From the NCBI GenBank assembly GCA_964035575.1, contig OZ037834.1, positions 1,612,001 to 1,676,000 of the forward strand: a stretch of 64,000 bases of DNA. Direction: 5' to 3'. How positions within the stretch are numbered: the first letter of the stretch is position 1; every line of letters starts with the position of its first letter. Made by a program: the position numbers and the translations under genes. Source of the DNA: Rhynchopus sp. YZ270_cl-10. Lineage: Eukaryota. The notes under the pieces were generated by a model. It ran no database searches, was not told the DNA's origin, and saw only the letters and a list, made by a program, of their open reading frames with translations. Positions 23,806-37,200 of this stretch are shown piece by piece.

Positions 23806-26218
23806 ATGGCCCTCACCTTTAAAAGGGCAAGGAGGGGTCTGTTGCAGTTTCGTTATAACCACCAGAGCACACACGAGAGCATCACAATGGGTTCACCTGC
23901 GCTCCCGACGGAGCTGCCTGGCTTTGTCCGGGCGGAGTTTGAGGATACATGCAAGAGACGGTTCCTCTTTGGCCAGAGCTTTGACTGTTATGGTGGAGTG
24001 GGTGGGCTGTACGACTTTGGCCCTGTCGGTTGCGCTATTAAGACTAACTTCCTTGCCCTCTGGCGCCAGCACTTCATCCTCGAGGAGAACATGCTCGAGA
24101 TCGACACCTCCTGCCTCACTCCCGGAGAGGTCTTCAAGACCTCCGGCCACACCCAACGCTTCACCGACGTCATGGTGAAGGATATGAAGACCGGAGAGCT
24201 TCTCCGTGTCGACAAATACCTGGAGGACTGGACCACAAAGCGTATCAACGAGAAGAAGACGAAGCTCACAGAGGAACAGCGTGATGAGCTGAAGAAGCTG
24301 CACATCACTGCCGATGGGATGGACATTGCGCAGTTCAAGGTTGAGCTTGCGAAGTGGGACGTTAAGTCGCCTGCAGGCAATGAGCTTTCCGAGCCTGAGA
24401 ACTTCAACCTCATGTTCCCTACCCCTATCGGACCTGCTGGAGACAGACCCGGCTTCCTCCGCCCTGAGCTGGCGCAGGGAATCCTTCTGAACTTCAACCG
24501 TCTTCTGGAGTTCAACGGTGGTCGCATGCCCTTCGCAGGCGCGGCGATTGGATCTGCGTTCAGAAACGAGATTGCACCACGTAACAACCTGCTCAGAGTG
24601 CGTGAGTTCACGCTGGCTGAGATCGAACACTTTGTGAACCCCAACGACAAGAGGTGTGCGAAGTTTGCGTCTGTTGCAAACCAGAAGGTGTGGATGTGGA
24701 CCGGCACCATGCAGGAGCAGGTCAAGGAGCCCGAACTGATGCGTCTGGGCGACGCCGTGGAGCAGGGCATCGTCGACAACGAGACCCTCGGGTACTTCAT
24801 CGGCCGTACCTGCCTCTTCCTTGAGAGCATCGGGATGAAGCACTACCGCTTCCGTCAGCACCGCTCTACGGAGATGGCGCACTACGCCCAGGACTGCTGG
24901 GACGCAGAGTGCCTCTCTGGCTTCGGCTGGGTCGAATGCGTTGGCATTGCGGACAGAAGCTGCTACGACCTGAACCTCCACGGAAAGGAGCGCAAGACGA
25001 AGTTCGAGGCCTACGAGAAGTTCGCCGAGAAGAAGATTGTCGACGTTGTTGAGAAGAAGCTGAACAAGGGTGTCATCAGCAAGACCTTCAAGCAGAACTC
25101 TGGCAAGATCCTTGAGCACCTCACTGCCCTGGACGACGACGCAGCGCTTGCGCTTGAGGAGCAGCTGGCAGCCTCCTCGCCTGTGGAGCTGACCATTGGC
25201 GAGCTGAAGATCCCTCTCGAGAGAACGATGGCCTCCTTTGCACGCGCACAGAAGACACTCGAGGGCGAGAGCTACACACCCTCCGTGATCGAGCCCTCCT
25301 TCGGAGTGGGCCGCCTGCTCTACACCCTCCTCGAGCAGGTCTACTGGGTGCGTCGCGACGAGAAGGCTGCCGCAGCGGCCGCAGAGGCAGAAGCCGCAGC
25401 AGCAGCCGAGGGCGGCAAGAAAAAGAAGAAGGCCGTCGCCGACGACAAGAACGACAAGCGCGCAGTGTTCTCGCTCCCCGCGAAGATCTGCCCGTACAAA
25501 TGCACCGTCATGCCGCTCAGCCCCTCCATCTTCAGGGTATTTCTCAATTTTTTTTAAATTCAAATTTAATTTTCTTTGCCGACAATTGCATTATTGAGAA
25601 TCTTTTGAAGTCTTTTCTAAATGCCACACAACACCACACCAATCCACAGGAGCAATTCTGCCAGGATCTGATTGAGCGTTTGAGGAGCATGTTCGTGCCA
25701 CGTGGTGTCACCTTTAAGGTTGATGACGGCTCGCAGGCCATTGGCAAGAAGTACGCCCGTTCCGACGAGATCGGTGTGCCATTCAACCTGACCATCGATG
25801 GCGACACAAAGGAGAGCGGCAAGGTGACCCTCAGAGAGCGTGACACCACCCGCCAGGTATGTCTTCTTTTCATTCTTATTGAAGGGCTTCTTTGAAAGCA
25901 GTTCCCTTGAAGCAAGGAAATATGTTACACTGTAGAGTGTCAAATGAAGAAGGAAAATTGACACTAAGTATCAACCACCTCGCAAAGGACGGCGAGAGTA
26001 TAGAACCACCTGCGGGTTTGTCGCGGCAAAAAGTAAAATAGTGGAGCTCATCCTCGGGTGTCTGTACAGTGCAACCGAGTTAAGAAGAAAAAAACAACCA
26101 CAAACCCTTTCAGGTGTACATCCACGTTGACGAAGTTGCTGAGGTGATTGATGCACTCTCCTCCTCCCGCAAGACCTGGGAACAGGTGATGACTGAGTAC
26201 CCTGTCAAGGAAAACTGA
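23806..26218 (+). CDS. GARS1: Glycyl-tRNA synthetase (eukaryotic homodimeric type), 3 exons
   Basis: GLYDFGPVG, LRPELAQG, FRNEIAPR, RVREFTLAEIEHF, EMAHYAQDCWD, VIEPSFGVGR and IGKKYARSDEIGVPF motifs. Exons 23806(or 23887)-25536, 25650-25856 and 26114-26218, all joined by phase-0 GT-AG introns. Confidence 0.95.
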
Positions 26219-27439
26219 AGTTAGTTCTTTTGTCACACTTGTTACGGGTTTGTATTAAACTGCAGGTCACATGCTCAACTAAACAAAACAAAAAAACATA
26301 CGGGCACCGAATATAATCCAGTAGACGAAGAAAAAAAAAACAAAAACGAAGGAGCTTTTTATGAAGGAACGGGGAAGCAAACGTGTCCGGTCAGATCTCC
26401 CCCCTCTCTCTCACCCTTCTCTTTCTGTGTGTGGAGCTGAGTTCTTTGAAAGAGGACAGCCTTTACTCCTCGGACGTACTTTTCTAATTCCTTTGTGTGT
26501 CCTTTAACTTTTTGTTTTCAACTGTCGTTTTTGGTGTCTGTGAGATATGTGCACACCTTTAACTTCTCATTGTTTACAAAAAAGACCAAGGGAGACAACA
26601 CACAAAACGATACTCTAACTCTCTCAGTATTTCATGAAATACCAGGAAAAAAAAAGCGTTTTTAGAGGCGCAGAAAAGGTTTAATCTTTGCAAAAGAACG
26701 GTTCATACAATAGGAAAAAACAGATTTAGGGGGGGAAATATGCAGAAAAATACAAAGAAGAGGGAAAATGGTGGAAATTTTGCACACAAAGATGGCATTT
26801 CACATTTCTAACTGTTTTCTTTATCACAGAACCCTTTTTTTGTTCTTACCACGATTTTTTTTTTTTCATCGAATGTAGTTTGGTGACTAAGGCAAGGGTG
26901 ACTTAGCACAGAGAGAGGCTTACTTTACCGCCCTTTTTCCAGTGGTTCATTGCTGCAACAGACAGAATACCCCCCCTCCCCAATCGGAGCACACTGACAA
27001 CAACCCTAAGGGGTGTCTGTCTCTTTTCTCATCCCCGCCTTCCCCCCCTGCCCCCCTTACCCCATTGGTCAGTAAAGGATTCAACAAAAATGCCATCTTT
27101 ATTTTTCATCTCTTCTCTGCTTCTGGTTTATACTGTTCTCAATAAAAAAATTGAGATCTCAATAAAGAAACCTTTATTCTATGCAGCCAAGGCAAAGGGA
27201 AACGATTTCATTACTCATTCGGAGAAAATTCTCCAAATGCATGATACACACCATTGTATCAAATGTAACTAAGCAACAGAGCGGTTCAGGTTCATCTGTT
27301 TTTAATTTCCTCTTTTGTTTTATCGGGAATAACAAAACCACTTCATAACTGCACCCCATTCATCTTCAAACGCAACCTATATCACCCCTTCCATCCCTTC
27401 ACCTCCCCAAACCCCAGAGAGACATACCACAACCACACA

Positions 27440-28000
27440 ATGGGTAACTGCTCCTCTGATGAGTCTCAAAAGCGTCCCCAGGGTGACCGTGGTGCGCCGC
27501 AGAGGAGACAATCCAACCCGAATGGTCCTAAGCGCACACGTGTCTCCACTGGGTTTGGAGCACCTGTTGCGAGAGACGACTTTGGCGGCACCGCAACGGG
27601 AGTGCCGGATATGGATATGTACAATACACTGCCGCCGTGCCCGGTGGCGCAAGAGGTGAAGGGGCTGCATTCGAAGTTTGGAGGAAAGCCGCAAGGGGTG
27701 GAGTGGCTGACGCAGCTGTATGTGGCGGTGCGGGCGCTGCGGGACCTGGGGAAGGAGATTGAGTCGGTGCGGTTCCTTTCTCTTGACGCTATTGGGCGCG
27801 ACCCGAACGCAATCCGCGTTGCAAACTACGCCGGCTTTGTGACAGACGTCGCCGACGTAAGCCGTCTCACCGCCGAGGAGCATGGCCGCTACGCGAGACG
27901 GCGTTCCTCTACCGAGCTCGACACCCTCATGCAGTACCTCTCTGCGATGCTTGGAGGCGAGCCTGAAACCCCTGCCCACCTCCAGATTCATCTGGATTAG
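27440..28000 (+). CDS. Hypothetical protein with N-terminal myristoylation/palmitoylation motif
   Basis: 186-aa ORF starting MGNCSS after a CA-rich 5' context; coding-like codon usage. Confidence 0.7.
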   Translation: MGNCSSDESQKRPQGDRGAPQRRQSNPNGPKRTRVSTGFGAPVARDDFGGTATGVPDMDMYNTLPPCPVAQEVKGLHSKFGGKPQGVEWLTQLYVAVRALRDLGKEIESVRFLSLDAIGRDPNAIRVANYAGFVTDVADVSRLTAEEHGRYARRRSSTELDTLMQYLSAMLGGEPETPAHLQIHLD

Positions 28001-28593
28001 GGGGGGTTTTTTTGTTGATTTCTGAAATTTTCATTTAAAAATATAAAAATGAGGGGGTAATGTGGGAGGGTTGGGTAAAAAACTGTGTTCTTTCTTTTCT
28101 TCCCCCCCCCGACCCGAGTTCTGTTGTACCGCAACAGAACTTTATACGGCAGCGGCGGGAGTTGATCCCATGTATTGTAGTTGGAAAATGAGGACAAAAA
28201 AAAACAAAAAAATCAAACCTTCCTCTAGTCTTTCGGTGACTAAGTGGGGCTTAGGTTCATCTTTCAATTTTCCCCTATTTTTTTTTCTTCTTTTTTTCCT
28301 TTCTCTGGAATTGTTCGTTGCACCATCTCCAATGGCAGACAGAGTGCAAATTGTCATAGCTCATGCAACCCAATATTAAAGGACTGCAGAGGCACTGTGG
28401 ACAATGGATGGGGGGTGGTGGTGGTGGGGTTTTTGGGGAGGGTGACTAGGCTAGCTGTGAGCAAAACCATCAGGGACGTTATTTCTTTATTTCTTTCTTT
28501 CTTTAGCAAACCCAGAGATGTTTGCCCACGAGAGGCACATTCATTTTTTTTTTTTCAATTTTCTTTTTTATTTTTTCCTTTTCAAAAATAAAG

Positions 28594-29338
28594 CAGGGCA
28601 CTAGCTTGGTTTTGGGGAAAATTCCAGAAGTGGGTCGCTTTCCATAAAAGTGGGTCAGCGAGTTTTTTACTACAGAAGATGGTTTAGCGGCGTTCTACGA
28701 GTTATTTTCTCCAATCCCAGCTTGTGGTGGGGGATATTCGCGAAAATGGCCAAAATTCGGTCAGTGTTGCAGTAATCCACCGAAATGTGCTGTTTGCCCG
28801 CCTCACTTTGTGGTCTCTCGGAAAACTACCACTGGTATCTCATCCAGGGTTTTTTTTTTGCGGAGCAAAAAATAGTAATATAATATGGCGCGCCGCAGGC
28901 GAAAAAAAAATAGGGTGCAGTGTAAAAATCTAGCTTTTTACACCACAGAGTCACTCAACGAACCCTTTTTTGCGGAGCAAAAAAGGAAAAATGGCGCCGC
29001 AGGCAAAAAAATAAAAATATGGTACAGCCTCCTGGGTCCTCCTCTAGACCCTTCCCACGTGCAAAACCCTACAGAATTCTCAGATTTTTGGTGGGATGAT
29101 GGCAGGATGATGGTTTTTGGTCGGGGGGGAAAGCCATTTTCCGTGGGATGATGGATGATGGTTAGCGTCAGGCCTGAACAGGCTCGGGGGGAGTTCCCTG
29201 TAGTCGAGCTCCCAAAAATTTTTTTTCTAAAATCCAAAATCCAATTTTTTTTTTTTTTTTCCGGCTGACCCACTTTTTTTTTTTTAAGTACAGGAAGTGG
29301 GTCAGCTGACCCGCTGACCCAGCCAAGCTAGTCCCCTG
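28594..29338. mobile_element. hAT-like non-autonomous element (same family as 41905-42520)
   Basis: TIRs CAGGGCACTAGCTTGG / CCAAGCTAGTCCCCTG; 8-bp TSD AAATAAAG; internal block 28885-29010 is shared with 42189-42310. Confidence 0.88.
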
Positions 29339-29867
29339 AAATAAAGTATGACCCATACAGAAACCACTTCTTCTTCTCTGGGTAATTTTTTCTTGGGTTA
29401 TTTTTTGTTCAACATAACAAAGGGTACGACCTGCACGACGTCACATTATCACTGTGACATGCCAGAAAAGTTACATGTCATTTAGCATATCATTCTTACA
29501 CGCCACGCTGACATGAGACGTCGTATGTTTCCTTGAGAAACCCTTACCCCCCTCTGCGCTGTGTTTCACCCAATTTTTTTTTTCTTCTGTTTTTGCAAGA
29601 AGGACAAATAGTATGGAAGAAGGAGGAAGGCTGGATAGTACACCTGCCCTATTATTCTGTGTGCGTAACCGTGTTGTGGATTTTGGCCAGCTCTATGGGC
29701 ACCTCACAAACAGTAGTAACAGAGCTCGATATGGTTATGTGTGTGGGACCTCCCCTTTTCTTTTACTCTAAAAAACCCCCCCATCGACTGTCAATGTAAA
29801 GCAGACGTTTCCTTGCATAAGTTTTAAGGAGGTATCGGTGTTCTCTCTTACAAATATATATGGGTTA

Positions 29868-29942
29868 TCTACGATCGTAGTCCGATCAAAGTACGATCGT
29901 TTCTGTGGGATGATTGTAGTTTATCAGAACTACGATCATAGG
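29868..29942. mobile_element. Tiny MITE-like inverted repeat
   Basis: TA|TCTACGATCGTAGT ... ACTACGATCATAGG|TA. Confidence 0.5.
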
Positions 29943-30159
29943 TAATTTGTGTAAAAAAAAAAAGCTTTCTGTTCTCCTGAAGGTATACGAATGGCACCCC
30001 CTTTTTTAGCAGTGTGGTGTAGGTTCATCTTACAAACTCTCCCCCTCCCCCTTTTTTTTTTCGCATATCCCAAAATGCAGGTGAAAAGAAAAGATAAATA
30101 TCACAACAAGTGGGGCGACAAACAGAAAAAAAAAATCATTTTGTTTCTCTCCATCGTTA

Positions 30160-30414
30160 CTGGGGGGGGGTCGAATAGTAGATCCCCCCTAAATAGTAGA
30201 TCCCCCCTGTATAATTTTTTTTCCACATATTACCACAACTACTCAAAACATGAAATTTGTTGCTTTATTGGACTCATCGGGCATTTTTGTGACCTGGACA
30301 TGGGGGTCAGACTCCACTTTCGAGCACCTAAAATAGGGTCAAAAAAATTGGAGTCTAAAATTTAGGGGGGGATCTACTATTCAAAGGGGGGATCTACTAT
30401 TCGACCCCCCCCAG
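30160..30414. mobile_element. MITE with TA TSD, ends related to 6305-6609
   Basis: TA|CTG(G)nTCGAATAGTAGATCCCCC ... GGGGGATCTACTATTCGA(C)nAG|TA, with duplicated subterminal AATAGTAGATCCCCCC. Confidence 0.85.
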
Positions 30415-32698
30415 TAATAGCTCGAAGTCAGTTTTTTTTTTTTTTTTTTTTGGAACACCCTCACCTGTGTTCTGAGCACAGAAGATGGGAGATACACCTA
30501 CACATCTTTTCTCAAAGGTGTGCTCCTCCCAAAAGAGGGCAGTGTGTAGTACGGGATGGTGTGACCACCACCATCCCCCTTTTCCCCCCACCCCACATCA
30601 AAACCACACACCCTGGCCCTTGCTGTTATTTGAGTATTTTTTCTTATTTTTCTGCCATTTTTTGCTTTATTTTTTGTATCACGTGTGGGCAAAATATGTG
30701 TGTTTTTGTTGTTGTTATTGTGTTCCCTTTTAAAAGGAACACTGTATACCCCTATCTGAGGTGTTTTATTGTGCATGAGAGCCTTGGTAGGCTGATTGAC
30801 GTGGGTTTGACATGCCCCATTTTTCACTCCATTTTACCGATTTAAACCGATCACCACCGACCACCATGGATCACCATGGATTGCCACCGACCAAGCTCAG
30901 CGTCAATCAGTCTACTTAGTGCTGTTCTGTCCGAAGGGACCCAGCAGCGATGTTTCTCTTTCCCCCCCAGATGCACGAAACTAAAGTATCGAACAAAACA
31001 AAATTTGACTACAGTCGTCCACCAAACGTTGGTGGGGGTATTAACTTGGTGGATTTGGGGTCGGGGAAAAATTTTTGGTGGGTTTTTACCCCCCATCAAC
31101 GTTAGGTGGATGACTGTGCCTTTGTTACCCCTCTCTCTCTTCGCCTCTACCTCTCTTTTGATGGCCGTTTTGATACAAAAAAATTTAGTGGAGCTCATCC
31201 TCGGGGTGTATACACTAATATACAACCAAGTTTTCAAAAACGAGTGCCACTAGACACGTGAAGACTTGTCAGCGCCGATATCGAAAACGAAAAGGGTGGA
31301 CCAGGGTCCATCCCCCCCCACTTTTCAAGAGTGTGTTTTGAAAGCAGTTGTGGGCCGTTCTTCAGAACATTGCCCAACAAATGTGTGTGCACGGGAGGCA
31401 CCATTCATCTTACGAATTTTTTTCTCTTTCGAAGTGATGGAAATGGGGGAATGGGAGAGTAGACAGGAGATCAGGGTGCATGCGACAAAGGGAAGGGAGG
31501 GGTTGAGGATGATGTGTGTATGTCTTTTGTCAGTGCGACAAAAAACAAAAAAAAAACAAAAAACAAAAAACAAAAAAGCGTAGAGTGAAGTACATCCTCG
31601 GGTGAGCGACAAACTACTACTGTGCTAACGCAAGATTTCAAAAAAAAATAAAGTAAACGAAAATGGTGCTTTCGGAAGTCGGTCAACGACCTGTCAGCGA
31701 CCTGTCAATATCGACCCGGAGCACCAGAAAAATAAAATAAAATAAAACGTACACGACCAGCATTTCAAAAGAGCCAAGGGTTTCTCTGTGTGCGCGCATC
31801 AATAGGTCTCTCACCCTCCCCTTCTTCATTTGTGGCCGAAACTACTTTTCTTTTTTTTTTTTTTCCAGCGTTTTTTTTTTTTTTTTTGGTGACATAGTGC
31901 CTGATTGATAACAGATTTACATTTCTACTTTTCAAATAAACCCCCTTCATCTTTGAAGGTAGCGTTGTTTTTATTGTTCTCCGACTCATCTATTTTAAAA
32001 ATAGGACGTGTGTGTGTGTGCAGTGAGGTACATCCGGGTTTTCAAATTTTCTCTTTTTCTGCATGGTTGGGGTCCATCCGGTCACAAGAGGGCTTTGTAT
32101 TTCAAATTTTTCTCTTTTATTTGTGATCTTTGCTCTACACCACACCCCCACTCCCCCCCTTCCATAGTGTTGTGTGTACCACAATGTGTGCGCGTCTCCT
32201 GATTAGTTGTACATCGTTTCTGTATGGTTTTTTTTTTTTAGTGTGTCTTCCCCCCTTCCTCCCCTCCCCCATCACCCTGCATCCCCCTGCACTTCTATGA
32301 ACGAAAAAAAAGGCAAACACCCCTCTTAATCATCGCTTATTGGCTCTTGACAATTGTTTTTTTCTTCGCCTCCGGTGACAAGAAGGATTTGTATTTCAAG
32401 AATGAAATATTTTTTTTTGTCCCAAAACATCGTTCCCTCAAGAGAACCGATATAGCCTGCAGTCCCCATGACCTACACTTCCAACTTCCGTTTTCTATAA
32501 AGGTGAAAAGGCACCCTAAAAAAAGAGGTAAAATTCGGGCATTTTGAGCGGTTCCGACCCTCTGGGACCCAGGACCCCTCCTCGTGGTGTTCACACTTTC
32601 AATACTCCCTCCCTCTCCCTCTCTCTCCTCCTCTCTTTTGATGGCCTTCTACGCCCTCCCCTATTCACCCCCCCCTCCCCTTTTCAGGGTAAAAAAAA

Positions 32699-33583
32699 AT
32701 GCCTCCGAAAGCAAATAAAGGTCCTGATCGGATCAAAGAACGTGCAAAGCTCAAGGAACTTGGTGCCAACGCTGTTATACTTGGTGTTGATGAGGCAGGA
32801 CGTGGTCCTTTAGCGGGGCCTGTTGTGGTTGCGGCTTGCCAACTGCCTGCGGTGGTGCCGAAGGCGTTGCGGGAGGTGGTATGCGATAGCAAGAAGATTG
32901 CGAAGGAGGCGAACAGAGAGGCAGTATTTGAGAAGCTGAAAGATGCGGAAGGGTTTCGTTGGACCTATGCTGTAGTCTCTGCAGCTCATATCGACAGCAG
33001 GAATATCCTTAACGCCACTTTAGATGGCATGTCACGATGCTGCAGCATCTTCATCTCAGGAGCAAAGCAACCAGGTCGCCGAAGAGTCTGCCGCACCTCT
33101 CTCTGTACCTCCCCGCTCTCCTCCTGCCATACCGTCCCACACCATCCTATTGACCCAGCAAAAAACGTTTTTGCTTTTATCGATGGAAACAAAATCCCTT
33201 CAAATCTCTCTTGTGAAGCGGAGGCGGTAGTCAAAGGGGATGCTACGGAGATGTGTATTTCTGTGGCATCAATTATTGCGAAGGTTGTGCGGGATAGGAT
33301 CATGCATGCTTTGTGTAAAGAATTCCCGGTCTATAATTTTTCGGTGCACAAAGGATACCCGACAGAGACGCATAGGGAGCGGATCATGAAGCATGGGGTC
33401 TGCGCAGACCACAGAAGGTCCTATCAGCCAGTAAAAGATGCGATTGCAAAGTTTGCGAAAAAAGGGAAAAAAGGGGGAAAGAAGGATGCAGTGGGATCGC
33501 CGAAAAAGGCGGCGAAGAAGCCAGCGAAAAAGGCTGCAACGAAACCGGGCGCTGCAGCAAAAATAGCGAGGAGCAAAAAATAG
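32699..33583 (+). CDS. rnhB: Ribonuclease HII, bacterial type, with Lys/Ala-rich tail
   Basis: GVDEAGRGPLAGPVV, DSKK, NILNAT, IDGN, VKGD, ASIIAKVVRD, HKGYPT and HRRSY motifs. Possible in-frame intron at 33075-33158. Confidence 0.9.
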   Translation: MPPKANKGPDRIKERAKLKELGANAVILGVDEAGRGPLAGPVVVAACQLPAVVPKALREVVCDSKKIAKEANREAVFEKLKDAEGFRWTYAVVSAAHIDSRNILNATLDGMSRCCSIFISGAKQPGRRRVCRTSLCTSPLSSCHTVPHHPIDPAKNVFAFIDGNKIPSNLSCEAEAVVKGDATEMCISVASIIAKVVRDRIMHALCKEFPVYNFSVHKGYPTETHRERIMKHGVCADHRRSYQPVKDAIAKFAKKGKKGGKKDAVGSPKKAAKKPAKKAATKPGAAAKIARSKK

Positions 33584-33693
33584 CGAAAATGACAAAAATT
33601 GTTGAGGAGAGAATGAGGGGAAAGGGGGGAATGCAAATTATTGCATTGTGTGGATGTGTTCATGAACACACTTCTTTTTGATGTAGTTTTTAA

Positions 33694-33735
33694 GGTGACC
33701 AAGCACAGAGAGGCTTAGGTTCATCTTATAAATTT
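33694..33735 (+). repeat. Hairpin family B representative (GGTGACTAAGC..GCTTAGGTTCATCTT)
   Basis: Related copies at ~13304, 26882, 28235, 38109, 38376, 39939 and 40057, plus tail-only copies (~8811, 30017, 33955), all on the + strand. Confidence 0.8.
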
Positions 33736-34209
33736 TCCTTCTTCAGTGCATGCGTCCGATGAACGATGCGGCGTTTGCACTTTCAACTTCTCTTTTTTTC
33801 TTTTATTCTCAAGACCAAATACGAGTCTTTTTAGCGTGATGTCAATAGATTCATGATTTCCACTGAAAAACGTTCTGGAAGATTGTTGAATTGTAGTACA
33901 ACCAAGTCACAGTTGTTGTGTTCCATCTTTTCAAACTTCTAGGGGTTTCTCGGGAACTAAACCTTATCATCATCGCTTTGGTTCATCTTACCAACCTTTC
34001 TTCATTATTTTTTTAGGGCATTTTTTTTTTCTCTTTGTAACAACCCCACCATCTCTTTACCCTTAGAGAACGTGTTTCTCCACACGACCAACAAGGTAGT
34101 CCTTTTCAAACATTACCCCAACCTTCTCTCTCCCCTCCCCCCTCCCTTCAACCTTCAAAACTACCTTAGGTCTACACAAAAAGTTTTTCTTGACAAACAC
34201 AACAAAAAA

Positions 34210-37200
34210 ATGCAATTCCCTAGTCGTTTAGGGACGGCGGCCCTTCGGGGTATGAAAGGTTGCACAGTGGGGCAGACAACAGCGTTCTCTTCGCAGACTG
34301 GGAAGCTGTACGGTCTGGGCACGAAGTCGTGGGGACGTCGTGTTGAGTTTGGCGTTGCGATCCAGCTGCGTTGCTATGCGACTGCTGCGAAGAAGACGAA
34401 GGCAGCCAAATCCACTACTGCCGTCACCACAAAGTCGCACCTCTTCGGCAAATCCTCTGCAGTCCCCTTCACAGAGCTCACCATTGGTGTGCCCACCGAA
34501 ATCTACCCCAAAGAGCAACGTGTCGCAGTCTCCCCTGCCTCTGTCCTCTCCCTCACCAAGGTAGGGTACAACGTCAATGTCCAGGCCGGGGCAGGTAAGG
34601 CCGCTGACTTCCCCGACTCCATGTACACTGCTGCTGGGGCAACCATAGTCGATTCTGCTGCCGCCTTTGCAGCAGACATTGTCCTCAAGGTGAACCCCCC
34701 TCAGGAAGTTGGAGGTGCGCACGAAGTGGACCTGCTGCAGGAGGGGAGTGTTCTGGTCTCCTTCATCCAGCCTGGGCAGAACAAAGAGTTGGTGCAGCGT
34801 CTGCAGGACAAAGGTGTGACCAGCTTTGCTATGGACTGCGTACCACGCACAGTCTCCCGCGCACAGACCTACGACGCCCTTAGCTCTATGGCGAACATTG
34901 CAGGGTACAAAGCTGTCATGGAGGCTGCCAGCCATTTCGGCCGTTTCTTCTGCGGGCAAATGACCGCCGCAGGCAAAACCCCCCCTGCCAAGGTTCTTGT
35001 CATCGGAGGTGGTGTAGCGGGGCTGGCCGCCATTGGACATGCCAGGTCTCTTGGTGCTATTGTGCGTTGTTTTGATACACGTCCTCCGGTACGTGATCAG
35101 GTCAAATCCATGGGAGGAGAGTTTCTGGAGTTGAAGGGGTTTGAGCTGGAGGATGGTGTTGGGGGGTATGCGAAGACGATGTCGGAGGAGTTCATTGCAG
35201 CAGAGATGAAGCTGTTTGCACAGCAGGCGGAGGAGGTTGACATCATCATCACCACCGCACTCATCCCTGGCAAGGAGGCACCGGTTCTCATCACCAAGGC
35301 AATGGTGGACTCCATGAAGCCCGGCTCCGTGATTGTCGACCTCGCCTCCGCTGCAGGTGGCAACTGTGGCTACACCAAACCAGGTGAACTGCACACCACC
35401 GCAAACGGCGTCCACATCGTCGGCTACGACGACCTGCCCTCCCGCCTCCCCACCCAATCCTCAACCCTCTACTCCAACAACATCACAAAGTTCCTTCTCA
35501 CGCACGCCCCGAAGGATGAGAAATCATTCCTCCTCGACATGGAGGATGAAGTGACCAGGGCCTTCACTGTGACAAAGGGAGGAGAGCTTTTGTGGCCTGC
35601 TCCGGTAAAGCCACCACCACCACCGCCATCTGCGGTATGCATATTATCATCTTTTTTATTTATATTTTTATTTTTCAGTTTTTCTCTCTTTTATCTACAA
35701 TAAATAGGAGGAGATCGCAGAAAAGGCTGCAGCAGACCTTGCGAAGAAGGAAGCGGATGAGTTGATGCGCAAGGTGACAAAGCCTTGGGCGGAGACTGTT
35801 GGACAGGCTTCTTGGATGGGGGTTGCTTTGGCCGGTCTTCTGAGTGTTGGGATGTACGCACCTCCTGCACTGCTTGCAACGACTACCACCTTTGCGGTGT
35901 CGGTCCTTGTTGGGTACCAGGTCGTCTGGGGGGTCGTCCCTGCACTGCATTCCCCGCTCATGGCGGTGACAAACGCGATCTCTGGGTTGGTGATCATCGG
36001 TGGTCTGGCGGTGCTTGGGTCTCCTGGTGCAACGTTGGCTTCGTTCAACCCTGCCGTCATCGGGATGGCCACTCTGGCTGTCGTGCTCTCCAGCGTTAAC
36101 ATTGCAGGAGGCTTCAACATTACATACAAAATGCTTAAAATGTTCCGTCGCGACTCTGACCCCAATGAATACAACCAGCTCTACTTTGCCCCAGCAGGCG
36201 CTTTCCTTGCTGCCGCCTGTGGTCTTACTGTCTCCGGATTGGGAACTGGTGTTCAAGCAATGGCGTACCTTGCAGCTTCGTCGTTCTGTATTATGTCGAT
36301 TTCAGGTCTGAGCACCCAGCAGACTGCGCGTCAGGGAACGACGTACGGTGTGTGCGGTGTGGGGATTGGGTGTGTGGCGACGCTTGCAGGGTTTATTGGA
36401 GTGGTGGATGCGAATTTGTTGGCGTTGATGGTGGGGTCGATTGCGGTGGGTGGGACTGCAGGGTATGTTGGGTCGAACCGGATTGAGTTGACGGAGCTGC
36501 CGCAGATGGTTGCGTTGTTTCATTCGTTTGTGGGTGTGGCTGCGTCTGCTGTGTGTGGTGCGTCCTTCATGCACGACGTTGCACACTACGATGTGGACCC
36601 CTTGGCCAACTTCCACAAGGCTGCTCTCTACGTCGGTACCTTCCTCGGAGGTCTCACCTTCACCGGTAGTTGCGTCGCCTTCGGAAAGCTCTCAGGATAC
36701 CTCTCGGGCGCGCCCCTGAAGTTCCCTGGCTTCCACCTCTTCAACGCGTCGCTCGGCGCCACGATTGCAACCTGCTTCTTCCGCTTCATGACCCTCCCCA
36801 ACGACCCCTCCCTCGTGGTCTACCTCGCAGCCAACATGGGGCTCTCGAGTGTCCTTGGATACACCCTCACCGCAGGCATCGGAGGGGCGGACATGCCGGT
36901 TGCCATCACAGTGCTCAACAGCTACTCCGGGTGGGCCATGGCTGCAGAGGGTTTCCTCCTGCAGAACAACCTTCTCGTGATTGTTGGAGCCCTGGTGGGA
37001 AGCAGTGGAGCGATTCTGAGTTACATCATGTGCGTCGCAATGAACCGTGGTATCCTGAGTGTCATCTTCGGTGGCATCGGAACGTCCTCCTCCGGCGGAG
37101 GGGAGGCCAAGGTGTACACAGGAGAGGTCAAGGAGATTGCAACGGATGATGTGGTCGAGACGCTTGTCAACGCGAAGTCGGTTGTCATCACCGTTGGGTT

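Noticed and set aside
23893..25563. 556-aa minus-strand ORF (likewise 34228-35457, 36692-37651, 51686-52441, 62039-63685)
   Set aside because: Antisense shadows of strongly codon-biased + strand genes; no protein motifs.
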